Shown piece by piece: positions 13,059 to 25,531 of a stretch of 64,000 nt of DNA. Every line of letters starts with the position of its first letter. The stretch's first letter is position 1. The translations under genes were made by a program, and so were the position numbers. Origin of the DNA: the human T2T-CHM13v2.0 reference genome, Homo sapiens. Below the pieces are notes generated by a model. The model made no database searches and was not told where the DNA came from. It saw only the letters and a list, made by a program, of their open reading frames with translations. The stretch lies in the NCBI RefSeq assembly GCF_009914755.1, contig NC_060947.1; one strand, 5' to 3'.

Positions 13059-13864
13059 TGTAAACCAAAAATGAAATTCTAAGCCCCCCAACCAACTGAA
13101 TGGACCCCTCCTCTCAGCCAAGGGCATTCTAAAGTTAACCTGAAAGACTAATTCAGGCCATGATGGAAGTGGGTGGTCAGGCATGCCTCATTATATCCTC
13201 CTCCCTTTGGAATTTAGACACAAATGACCAACATTAACATTAAAACAGAGACCTTAAGATTGACAAAGTAGACTCTTTGTAGCAATAAGATATGAACACA
13301 ACAGATAGCAGGCCCCAAAATATATTTATTCAACATATTTTTAAATGGCCCTGCAAAGCTGTCTCTTGTGGGGAAACCTACATTCTGTAGAGAATGCCCT
13401 TCCCTTTCCAGATCTTTTCGCTTATCCAGGAGAGAATTAACTAAGAGTCTGGTACCTTTTTAAGTCTGATAAGAAACATTTACAATCTATTCTCTCTGAA
13501 GCCTCCTACCTGGAGGCTTCATCTGCATAAGAGCCTTAGTCTCAGAAGCCCCTTATGTTAATGCAGATACTCCCTTCTATTGATTTCAAGACTTTAATCA
13601 GAAAACCTCTGAGTCTTCCTATGACCTGGAAGCCCCCACTTAGAGTTGTCCCACATTTTCAGACCCAACCAATGTACATCTTACATGCATTGATTGATGT
13701 CTTATGTTTCCCTAAAATGTATAAAACCAAGCTGTAGCCTGACTACTTTGGGTACATGTTCTCAGGTCTCTTGGAGCTGTGTCATGAGCTATTGGTCACT
13801 CATATTTACTTGGCTCAGAATAAATCTCTTCAAATATTTTATAGAGTTTGACTCTCTGTTGACA
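13059..13864 (+). mobile_element. MER4-family solo LTR (806 bp)
   Basis: TGTAAACCAAAAATGAAATTCTAAGCCCCCC...GAGTTTGACTCTCTGTTGACA; flanks GGTC/AGTC. Confidence 0.82.
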
Positions 13865-13884
13865 AGTCCTAGTTTTAAAACAGT

Positions 13885-14191
13885 TTTTATTTCATTTATT
13901 TATTTTGAGATGGGGTCTTCCCTCTGTCACCCATGTTGGAGTGCAGTGGCACAATCTCAGCTCACTGTAACCTCTGCCTCCCAGGCTCAGGTCATCCTGC
14001 CACCTCAGTCTCCCAAGTAGTTAGAACCACATACGTGTGCCACCATGTCCAGCTAATTTTTTGTATTTTTGATAGAGATGGGGTTTCTCCATTTTGCCCA
14101 GGCTGGTCTCAAACTCTCTAAGCTCAGGCAATCCACCTGCCTCAGCCTCCCAAAATGCTGGGACTACAGGCATGACCCACAGCGCCCAACC
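13885..14191 (-). mobile_element. AluJ-like SINE
   Basis: T-rich tail and diverged Alu body. Confidence 0.88.
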
Positions 14192-14210
14192 AAAATGACT
14201 TGTTTTTAGA

Positions 14211-14745
14211 CAAGAGGTTAGAAATTTTTTTTCCTCAAAGGGCCAGACAATAAGTAGATTAGGCCAGGGTTTCTCAACCTCAACAGTATTCACATTTTGG
14301 GCCAGATAATTCTTTGTTGTGGAGTGCTTTCCTTTTCACTGTAGGGTATTTAACTGCATCCCTGACTTCTACTCCCTAGGTGCCAATAACATCTTATTCT
14401 CAGTTGTGACAATAAAAACATTTTCCAGACATTTCTAGATGTCCCATAGGAGGTAAAATTGCCCTGAGGTGAGAATAACTGGTATAGACTTTGCATTCCA
14501 TATGCTATCTGTCACAACTACTCAGCAGTGCCATTATAGCACAAAAGCAGCCATAGACAATATGAAAATGAATGGACATGGTACTTTCCCAATAAGTACT
14601 ATGGAAACTGAAATTTAAATTTCATATAATTTTCACATGTAATAAAATATTCCTTTAAAAATTTAAGCATTTAGAGATGGAAAACCCATTGTTAGCTTGT
14701 GGGACAAACAAAAACAGGTGGTAAGCCATAGCTTTCCAACTCCTA
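14211..14745. mobile_element. MER58-like hAT element containing a nested MER20 (14265-14481)
   Basis: MER20 ends CAGGGTTTCTCAAC...GAGAATAACTG inside MER58-type sequence (AAAGGGCCAGA...ACAACTACTCAGC...GCAGCCATAGACAATA). Confidence 0.7.
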
Positions 14746-14789
14746 TTTGTTTTATTTTTGAAAGTTTAATAATATATGTAATTTAAACT

Positions 14790-14955
14790 ACTGTATCCAA
14801 ATAATATTATTTTAACATGTGGTAATTATAAAAATCAATTCATAAATTCAGTATGTATTTTACATTTATAATACATCTCAATTTGTACTAGCCACATTTT
14901 AAGTACTCAATAGTCATATATGGCTAGTAGCTACCATATTGGGCCATGATGCCCT
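14790..14955. mobile_element. MER3/MER33-like hAT fragment
   Basis: CTAGCCACATTTTAAGTACTCAATAGTCATATATGGCTAGTAGCTACCATATTGG. Confidence 0.65.
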
Positions 14956-16654
14956 AGAGTATTTGCTTTTAATTATTAGGCATACTTCCTCTCAAGAGGC
15001 CCTAGTCATTGGGAACATGAGGTCACTTTCTCTTTGAAGGTAAAAGCCTCTAAGTCCTGTTATTGATCTAAACTCACACAAAAAAAAAAAAAACTGAAAG
15101 TAAGGTTTAAAAGACCACCATGACAATATTTATCCAATTTGTGACTGTATTTCTGATTGGCAATTCAAAATTTTGTTTGGCTTAGTAATTTTTCTTGCTA
15201 TCTTGAATAGAATTAATCCCAGAAGGTCTGGTAGACAATGAGTGTTTTGGTGTAACTGGGTTTCTTTATGTACAAAGCTACAGAATTCCCCTTGAAGACA
15301 CTGGCCTTGACATCCCTGAAATAGCAAAATAGACTTTTTTGTTTACTCCACGTGTAGTATATGACAGTTAGTGCATTGTAGATAGGGCCATCTATTGAAA
15401 TCTACATGTGATTATACTCTATCGAACATCTACTTTAAAACAGCAAACATGAGAGCCTACAATTGACATCTCACTGTTTAAAAAAAACAATTTCACATAT
15501 ATATTCACAAACATACTAAAGTGGTCAATATTCAAAGTAAAGACTCAGATATTCCTCACTTTGCACCATGGTTTAGTTAAATAATACAAGTACCCCAACA
15601 ACACAGTTTAAATTTCAGTTACCATGGTATATTGACTGTGATATTAAATAAAGTACAAATTTCACTGCTAGGTTTTCAGTATGTAAATTACTATATAACT
15701 AACAGATGTGCATCATGATCAATTATGAATCACATCACTTCTTTCACAGTCTTTGGTGACTGGTCACTTATCAGCTATTCAGTACATGTGCAGAGAACAA
15801 ACCATGTGTTTGTGTTGCCTCTTTGTCTGCCAGTGATAAACCCAAGTGACATTTAACAAAAACATATAATGAAAGAGGGAATTGGCCAATAAAAATGAAA
15901 GCTCAAGAAAGAAACTAAAGTCACAATGCTGGAAATGAAATTCAAATCAAAGGTAAATGAAGTTATAGAGGAAACAGCTGACTGTGGGAATGTTGACACT
16001 TTCACTGGTTGGAAAGGCTATATAGATATGAAGCCAAAGGAACTTAGTTAAAGCAGACATTGACATAAATGAGGAATTTGGTTGTGACAAGCAATGCCTA
16101 TTTTAGACCAATGGCTTGTATCCTCATTAGGGACTGTCAGTATACCAAAAGAATGGGTGTTAAGTCTAGGAAAATTATAATCATCATTAAGTTGACTTTT
16201 AGTTCCCAAGATTTCCTATAATTACTGTTTTCAGTATTTAGATATTACTGCTAATGGTAAAATGGCCTATGAGTAGAAAATATGAAATTTACATTTCTCT
16301 TTATCCAAATTTCCTAGTGGAACCCTGCCCCTAACAATGTTTACCACTTCTTACTGTCCATTTTCACAGATATGGGGGACATGATTACATGCCCTCAACC
16401 CATATGTTTTCTAGGTAACTCTACCACAGAATAAAGCGGTACTCAAATTACTCTCAGCTTGCTTAATATCCACTTTAGGACACTGAAAAACAAACACAAA
16501 GGGACTAAACAAGATGAACAGTACGTATCCCATTTCTTTTAAGTCCACTATCTTGATATCATGAGGCCCCCTCACTGGTTTTATGTAGATGGGCTACTGG
16601 AATGCATAAGCTAGTGCCAATTCTTATTTTCCAAAGATGTTAAAAGATTAACAT

Positions 16655-16835
16655 AGGATGGGAGGAGAGTGAGGATCAAAAAATCTACCTATCAGGTACT
16701 ATGCTCACTACCAGTGTAATGAAATCATTTGTACATCAAAGCCCATGACACACAATTTACCCATGGAAATTTACCCATTGGCTTTTGCTGCAAAAGTACC
16801 CCTTGAACCTAAAATAAAAGTTGGAAGAAAAAAAC
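16655..16835 (+). mobile_element. L1 3'-end fragment (old L1PA/L1PB type)
   Basis: CTACCTATCAGGTACTATGCTCACTACC...CCCTTGAACCTAAAATAAAAGTT followed by an A run. Confidence 0.7.
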
Positions 16836-17389
16836 TTAACATAGCAAATTCTTAGACATTGTTCTGACTTGTTTGCAAGACCTATGCTTTCTTCCTAAGC
16901 TGGTGCTGGATAGTTCTTTTGACTTTTTTCATTATTGATCTTCTCTCTCCCTAGCATTGCCACCAAGGGAAACTATTTCATGTAAGACATTCTTTTCCAT
17001 CCAGCCATCTGGTTGGCCCTAATTTCTCTGAGCACATCTTTCCCACCTGTATTGTGAACCATAGAGCAGGCCTAAGGGAAGGTTATAAAGAAGGTAAGGT
17101 TGGTCTGTATTGTCTCAGTCTCTTTTAATATCTATTCCCTTCTGTATGGTACTCCTTCTTCTCAGAGACTCCTGTTCTCTAGCTTCTTCATAATCGGCTT
17201 TCAAAATAGGATCTGCTGTCAGCGATTTATCCCTTTAGTGCTAGGATGGTAAATAAATTTTATCTTGCATGCCAACTCTAAATTATTAGTAGCAGCCACC
17301 TGAAATGCTACGTGAAGGATTCTGGGGATGCATCCAGTTGAATTAGTTATGAGAAGAAAAATTGGCTACTATAGGAAAGAGAATCAACA

Positions 17390-17790
17390 ATTCAATGGAT
17401 TAAACAAAAAGAGTGTTAATTATTTCTTACATGACAGTATCAATGTAAAAAGTTCAAATCAGAGAGGGAATTCTGTTTCTTAGTCATTCAGGGACTTGAT
17501 TTCCTTCCAAGTCATTGTACTTTCATCTCATAGGGAATCACTCCCATCTGTATACTGAAACTGGGTAGCCATTACATCTGAGTTGCAGCTGGTGGGAGAA
17601 AGTATGGAAAGGAGAGCATACCCTATGTCTTAGGACCCAGGCATGGAAATGGCATACATCACTTCTACTCACATTTTATTGATCATAACAATCATTTGGC
17701 TGCACAGAACTGCAAAAGAAGCTGAAAAATGTACCCTAGCTGGGCAGCCACACATCAAGCAAGAATGGGAGAATGTATTTTGGTGGGCAA
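17390..17790. mobile_element. MLT1-like MaLR LTR fragment
   Basis: GGAAATGGCATACATCACTTCTACTCACATTTTATTG...CTGCAAAAGAAGCTGAAAAATGTA motif. Confidence 0.55.
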
Positions 17791-19839
17791 CGAGCATTTT
17801 TGTCCCTTACTAGGCTTAACAGGAATCAATGCTATGATTAATTAATGAAATTTTCCACGAGTTGGAAAAAAACTGTGGCATCCACCCATATTATGGTATT
17901 AGCTGATCTTGCCTTAAGTGTGAAATGGAAGTCTTGTTTTCTTTCCTAGAGGGTCCTGAAGTTTAAATATAATTCCAAAAAATTTGACAGGCATTTTCCA
18001 CTATGAGAAAGGTACTTTTGTTAGGTACAAAAATAAACTTGTCCCTGCTTTATCACTTAATGTAGAATCAAAGATTCGTCTCCAGATAACAGAATTTCAG
18101 ACATCAGCTACCAAGGAGGGAAAATATAGGCTTGGGAAAGAAGGCCTTCTTGTATGAAATCACACCACACAGGCACTAGACAGCTCTACTTATATAAAGT
18201 TTAGCTCTATAAAAATGAGATTGGGGTGTTTCAGAGATTTTATTAGGAAATGTACAGAGAAAACAGTTGATGGGGCAAAAGCTATAAACACTAAGGTGAG
18301 AAGGAATCAGAATATAGGCAAGAGTTATAGAAGCATCTAAATGGCATTTGTATCTGTTTAATCAGCCTATCAGGTAAATCTGCCCACTTTTCTCCCTACC
18401 AGTGAACATCTGTTTTGAACCTCTAGGATATGGGACCTCTTGCTTGATACCAGTCTTTCTGTGCCTACCTATTCTAAAGCCTGATGTCATCTTCTGTGCC
18501 TTCCCTTATAGGCTTACTTCCTTCAACGCTGACCATTCCTCCAGCATTTCTTATTCTAAAGAGGAACAGGTAAGAAACTTCGTTGGAGGGAAAATTAAGC
18601 AAGGATTGGCATTAGAGAGGGAGCTGTGCACAGTCCCTGTCTCAACAAAAATAGCTTAAGATGAGACAAGTACTTTACTTAGCATAATCTTGCTACTGAA
18701 GGGGCTATTCTAAATGTCCCCCCGCCCAACACCATTATGTAAACATTCTCTAATATTCGCTACTTAATTTAGATTATCCACCCTTCCTTCTGGCCATTGC
18801 ATTCCTTATCTAGCAATGCAGGAAAAGGGCAAGAAATCAAAGGGAAGGAATAAAGGGACTTCTGTTTCCAGACTGTATTTTAAAGGGAAGTCATGGTTGG
18901 TTAGCGATTTTCTTTAGCTTTTGCTTTGCGTTTGCAGAATAGCTAATATTATTGTTTTACCTATGGGAACTGGTATCCAATCTAGTGCCCAATGGGGCTG
19001 TTGTTACTAGAGCTATTTTCTGTGAACCTCATAGCAGACTCTCTTCTGCTGAAAATGAGATTTACTATTCATTCTGGGTTCTCTCAAAAGCCAGCCTGCC
19101 ATCTACAATTAGCGGTCACATCCATTTGGCTATAGTTCAGGTAAGTCCAATTCTTCATGTCCTGCTTCTCAGCTCTCTGCTGCTCAGAGCCAAAAACCTT
19201 ATCTTAGAACCCCAAAATACATGTCTAGTTGCTGTATCAAAGACCAGGTAGCAGCCTTTACAGAAAGTCCCTTTTCTCAGAATCTAGTTGAGCCAATACT
19301 ATGCAGTGTCCACTATATTCTTCTTGGTTCATTCTCTTTCTTTTGGAGGCAACAGCTTACTATGGTGAGGACAACTGGAATCCATCTCTACCTATTCACC
19401 ACTTTTTAAGTAGTAAAATTGGTAGCTCAAAAGTAACTTTATTCCCTGCTAAGTCTTGCTCTTTCCAATTATTATTCAAACATGAGAGGTGACAGTGAGA
19501 AGATTGGTTTGGCATTATAGGATGGTACCATGCAAGGTACTCTAACAACCGGCCTTCTGTCTCATGGTCTATCTCCCTGCAGATTCAGGTTGCATCAGCT
19601 GTCCTCCTATGTCCACAATCCAAATGCTATGGGATACTATGGCAGACAAGTTTTCCAGTTCTTCAGGAAGTAGCAACTGTGAGTATTCTAGCTCACAATG
19701 GGAGGAGCACAACGACTGGACTCCAGCCATGAGCAAATACAAGTAAAGGTTTAACTGAGACTGTCTGCTCCCCAGTTCTCCAACCCCTGCCTACCCCAAG
19801 CCCCTTTTTGTCTTGATTTATAGTAGAAAAGTAATAGTC

Positions 19840-20154
<315 letters not shown>

Positions 20155-22534
20155 TCACAAAATGGATATAAAAAGAGAGGTAACAATGGGAAACTACAGG
20201 GGGGCAAATTAATACTTTTATAGTTTCAGCAGACCTGTAGTAACAGAAGAAAAACTGATTTTCACTTGGTTCAGACTATCTCCCTGGGCTAGAAAGTATA
20301 GGGCCAAGGTAGAGGAATCGGAGGTAGATGAATTATCTTCCTGTGTCTTCCTTTAAGTAGTTCACATTGCTCCCATTTAGGTACCAGTTAATAGTCATAA
20401 TTACTATAATCCCTCTCTTTGGATATTCTCTAAGACTTTATTTCCTCGTGAGCATAAAGACATAAAATAGTACACTGGAGGTTAGCTATGATTAGGAAGA
20501 GCCATTCTAACTGTAAATTACTCATAATCCAAGCTCTTTCCTGATGAGCATGTATCCGTTATAAAAGAGGCTATGATAATATACAGTGAGAAAAGAATTT
20601 GTTTAGAAATTAAGTGAATTTGGATCTAGGGTCACCTCAGCTATTTTGCGCTGCGACATTGATCAAGTTATTTTCTCTGGGTTTCAGATGCCTCATCTTT
20701 ATTTTGTGCATTTAGATACACAATTCTAATTGGCCCAATGGGAATTACACAGCTAACACCATCATGCAGCAAAACAAAATAAAATACAGTGGAACTGAAG
20801 TGAGGGAGTAAAACCACCACACTATGCAGATGAGACTATCTGCCTAGTAACAAGACATTTCTTGGACTCTGGTACTTCAGCCAAATGTCCTCTGGGAGTG
20901 GAGAGGCGGGGAGACAATATAGTCCACTGCCAGAAAGAACCCACATCTGTTCCACCACTCTCATTGTCATTGCGTTTCCTGGGATACTTTCAGAATAATT
21001 CATTAGTAACAACAACAACAACAAAAAAAAAAAAAAACAGCAAGGAAAAGGCTACAAGGGGAAGGGTTTTTCTAGGTCTTTGGGATATATCTAATCATTT
21101 CTTCACGGAATATTATAAAGTAGGGTCCACTCAAAGCTCATCCCTCACAAGCCACTCAACCTTTGACATTCTTCTTCTATTTAATGTGAGTCAGAATTCC
21201 TAAGATTTTTTGAAATCCTGCCTGCAAAGTCTGCTTATGAATTTTTTTCCTTACCACGGAGTTCCCATAAAGTGACAGGTTCTGCCTAAGTAGTTAGCTA
21301 CCTGCAAGGCTGCTCGAATCCAACTTTCTTTCCCACTCTACTTTGCATTCTGCTCTCCCTTTGCTCTCCTCTCCTTAGGCCCTCAAGTGATGCCAGCTTT
21401 TGTTCTAGCACTCTAGAAAGGAGTTACTATTTTGATCCAGAGTACACAGAGAAGAGAAACTGGAGTGGGTAAAAGGAAGCTCGTCACTGAGAATGCTGGT
21501 ACTGGGAGCAAGACTGTGGCAAACCCAGGAAATACTAACAATAAGAACCCCTCAAAAGTTCACCTTTACCAAGCCAATGGAAACAATATAGCTGAGTGGG
21601 GTTTGAATTTTGAGAACTAATGACTCCTCAGCTACCATGTAATTGCCTTGGTGCTCCATTTGCTATAATTCATGGGAAAGGTACTAAGGTCCTTCAACTG
21701 GTTTTCCTTGCTACCTCCACCTTTTTCAGAAGTTGGACCTATGATTAGCACACTTCCTGCCTATCCATTCACAGTGAATAGAATGGCTGGCTAAATTTTA
21801 AACCCCATTTAAATTATTCCACTTCGAAATTTGAATGATAGATGCTTGCCTAAGTCTACTGGCCTCAGTAACATTACCTTTTCTCATGACCAAGGGTAAA
21901 AGAGTAAATTGATAGGAGGCACAAGTTTTTGTGGATGTGGGTTGGGCTGGCACCAAATCCAACTACAAGCATACAGTGACCACTTCATACACACCACATA
22001 AAAAATACAAAAACTGAAAAATACTATCAAATGCTTTGACATTTTCTAAATATTTCTGCTGCCCCTATAAAATTGCCTTGTCTGACCTTTCCTCACTAAC
22101 CAGGAGATACGGTGTTTTTCATTTCCTCTCCCTTCAAATTTTACAAGAGAATCAAGGAATTTGAGGACCAAAGCACCACAAACACAAGAGTAAGCACAGC
22201 AAATATGACAAGGGGACTGAAGTAAGCCCCTATGGGAATAGGATCTGCTGAAGGAATCAAGAGGGATGGACAAAGGAACAGAAGACACTCAAGAATAACT
22301 TCAGGAAGTCTCCTTACCGCCTCACCTGCTTTCCCTCTGTCCTACACATCCAGCCTTGCAAAGAAATAAGAGTAAAGAGAAAAGTCCATGTAGCACCATC
22401 CCAGTTCAGAAGCAACCCCCAAGATATGGGTCAACTTTATCACCTCAAACTCTACTCATTTATAATGACAAAATTCAACTGTTAACACATAGGTAAGAGT
22501 TCTTCAGGCATCGGTTTTAAAGGTCCATGTACTG

Positions 22535-22910
<376 letters not shown>

Positions 22911-22962
22911 TTAATTTCCAACAAAGCAGTAGGAACTCTTGCCTATAGAATACTGTGCTGGG

Positions 22963-23257
22963 GGCTGGGCACGGCGACTTATGCCCGTAATCCCAGCACT
23001 TTGGGAGGCCGAGGCGGGTGGATCATTTGAGGTCAGGAGTTAAGAGACTAGCCTGGCCAAAATGGTGAAACCCTCTCTCTACTAAATTAAATACAAAAAT
23101 TAGCCTGCTGTCGTACTACACGCCTTTAATCCCAGCTATTCGGGAGGCTGAGGCACAATTGCTTGAACCTGGGTGGCAGAGGTTGCAGTGAGCCGATCAC
23201 ACCACCGCACTCCAGCCTGGAGACAGAGCGAGACTCTGTCTCAAAAAAAAAAAAAAT
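22963..23257 (+). mobile_element. AluS SINE
   Basis: Full Alu; TSD AATACTGTGCTGG. Confidence 0.93.
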
Positions 23258-23572
23258 ACTGTGCTGGTTCATTTGCCTATAAAGTCACCAATCTAATGTT
23301 TGGGTATTTGATCATTCAGAATTCTAGAAACACTGAAGATCCCTTCACCTACTCAGGGTCTGGGCCTCTTTCATGAATGCTTAATTCCCACAGCCTTACA
23401 GTTTATACCCTTCTCCTCTCCCACTTTTGATCCTCAAGTTTTTTGCTTCTCACATTTTTTACTGGGTTTGTGCTTCTCAGTATCCTTGACCAAAGCAACT
23501 GATGCTGTAAGAAATGAGACTTCAAACCATTTACCCACACTGGGTGATTAAGGTAGTTTAAAAAAAGAAATG

Positions 23573-23893
<321 letters not shown>

Positions 23894-23966
23894 AAAAAAG
23901 AAATGAAGAACTTACGGTAATTAGTGTGGTTAGGGACAGTGAGTTAGAAATTGTCACATCAAAATA

Positions 23967-24344
23967 CAAAGTTTTCAAAACAGTATATTTTATTTTACAA
24001 TAGCAACCAACTCCCCAGTTTGTTTCAATTGTGACATCTAGATGGCTTAAGATTACTTTCTGGTGGTCACCCATGCTGAACAATATTTTTCAATCTTCCA
24101 AACAGCAAGACTCAAAAGAGATTCTGCATTTCACATCAGTTCACAAGTTCAAGAGTCTTCCATTTATCTTAGCTTTTGGAATAAATTATCTTTGAGGTAG
24201 AAGGACAATGACGAAGCCACTTAATTCCTTGTGTCTGCATAAAAGCAGATTTATTCATCACAACTTCATTTATGTGAATAAAGCAGATGATGATAAAATG
24301 TTCTCTTATTCTTGTTTAATCAGTAGTGGTAGTGATGCCAGAAA
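23967..24344 (-). ncRNA. XIST: Alternative short terminal XIST exon
   Basis: Branch-point-like TAACTAA followed by acceptor CCTTCCTTTCACAG|TTTCTGG, running to the same poly(A) site. Confidence 0.6.
23989..23994 (-). terminator. XIST distal polyadenylation signal AATAAA
   Basis: Plus TTTATT at 23989-23994; GU/U-rich sequence (TATTTTGATGTG on minus) follows the inferred cleavage site near 23967. Confidence 0.85.
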
Positions 24345-25385
24345 CTGTGAAAGGAAGGCTTTTAGTTACTTTCTTCTTTCCATTTTCCAATAATCCATTC
24401 CCCATCCCCAGCTGAAGAAAGGGGTGTTACTGAGTCCAGCTGATACCACACATTGAAAGGTAAACATTAATATTTCAAATCTGATGTCTAACTAAAAATG
24501 TACAGAATGAAAACTAGAAAATTTCAACCCCAGATTATCTTCAACCTTGCTCCCTCCACCAATCATACTTTGACATTTATCTATTTCCTTCTCCACTTAT
24601 GGATGTAATTGGCTTGCTATAGAAACTACAGTTCAGATGCTTTGAATGTATGAACTACAATGAACAATAAAGTCCTCTTCTTTTGAAGCATATTTTGGCT
24701 TCAGCTTTAAGATAATCTTATGACAAGAAGGGTCACACTGATTCACTTAATAAATTCCATTCTTACCTAACACAAGGTTTAGTTGATAAGCACTTGGACA
24801 AAAATAATACTTTTCAAAAATGTAAAGCAAACTAGTGAGGACAAAGGATTTTGTCCTCATCTCAACAATGATCAGCTATTGGAACTGCATGAAACTGAAC
24901 AATTTAAACCTGGAGCTGGTAATGTTCTTAAGACCAATTCAGAACAAAGGCAGGTTGCCCTTAAAACAGGTTTGACCTTTTCCTTCACTCTTCCTCCTGT
25001 CCCACCCTCTGTGAGTGATTTAAAAACGGAAAAGGTCAAAGCCCAGCCAGGCCTACATTTAGAGAAATTTTAAAAAAATTTTTCCTTTCAATTTTGGCCA
25101 ATTATTTCCAATTTTTATTTTATTCTTAAAACTTAAGCATGGTAAAATGTTAAGCTGTTTTCATCCACTGATATTATTCTACTATAAAAAGCCCTTCTTG
25201 AGCAGATTTGATGATAAAAAGGAGAACATTTCTAAGGTATAATTAGAGAAGCTGTTGCATGAGAAATCATGTCTCCATCTCCATTTTGCTATGCGTTATC
25301 TGAGGATTGTTTCTGAAAGAGATCTATTTAGGCAGTGTATGTATGTGTCAGCATGTAAAAAGTAAAGAACTGAAAATAGACAAAC

Positions 25386-25531
25386 CTTGTAAATGCACTT
25401 CAAAACCAATTGTGGCTCAAGTGTAGGTGGTTCCCCAAGGCTGGTACCAATGAGACTGGGGTTTGGGAATTAGTTGGTCATCATCCCTCCTGCTGCCCAG
25501 CAGTGGTCAGTCATTTTTCATGAGGGATGGA
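25386..25531 (-). ncRNA. XIST: Alternative 146-nt XIST exon inside exon 6 (minor isoforms)
   Basis: Acceptor CTTCATTTTCCTAG|TCCATC and donor TACAAG|GTTTGT; length 146 matches the recalled minor exon 7. Confidence 0.7.

Noticed and set aside
15546-16090. Possible Tigger-like DNA transposon
   Set aside because: Resemblance only by eye; termini could not be confirmed.
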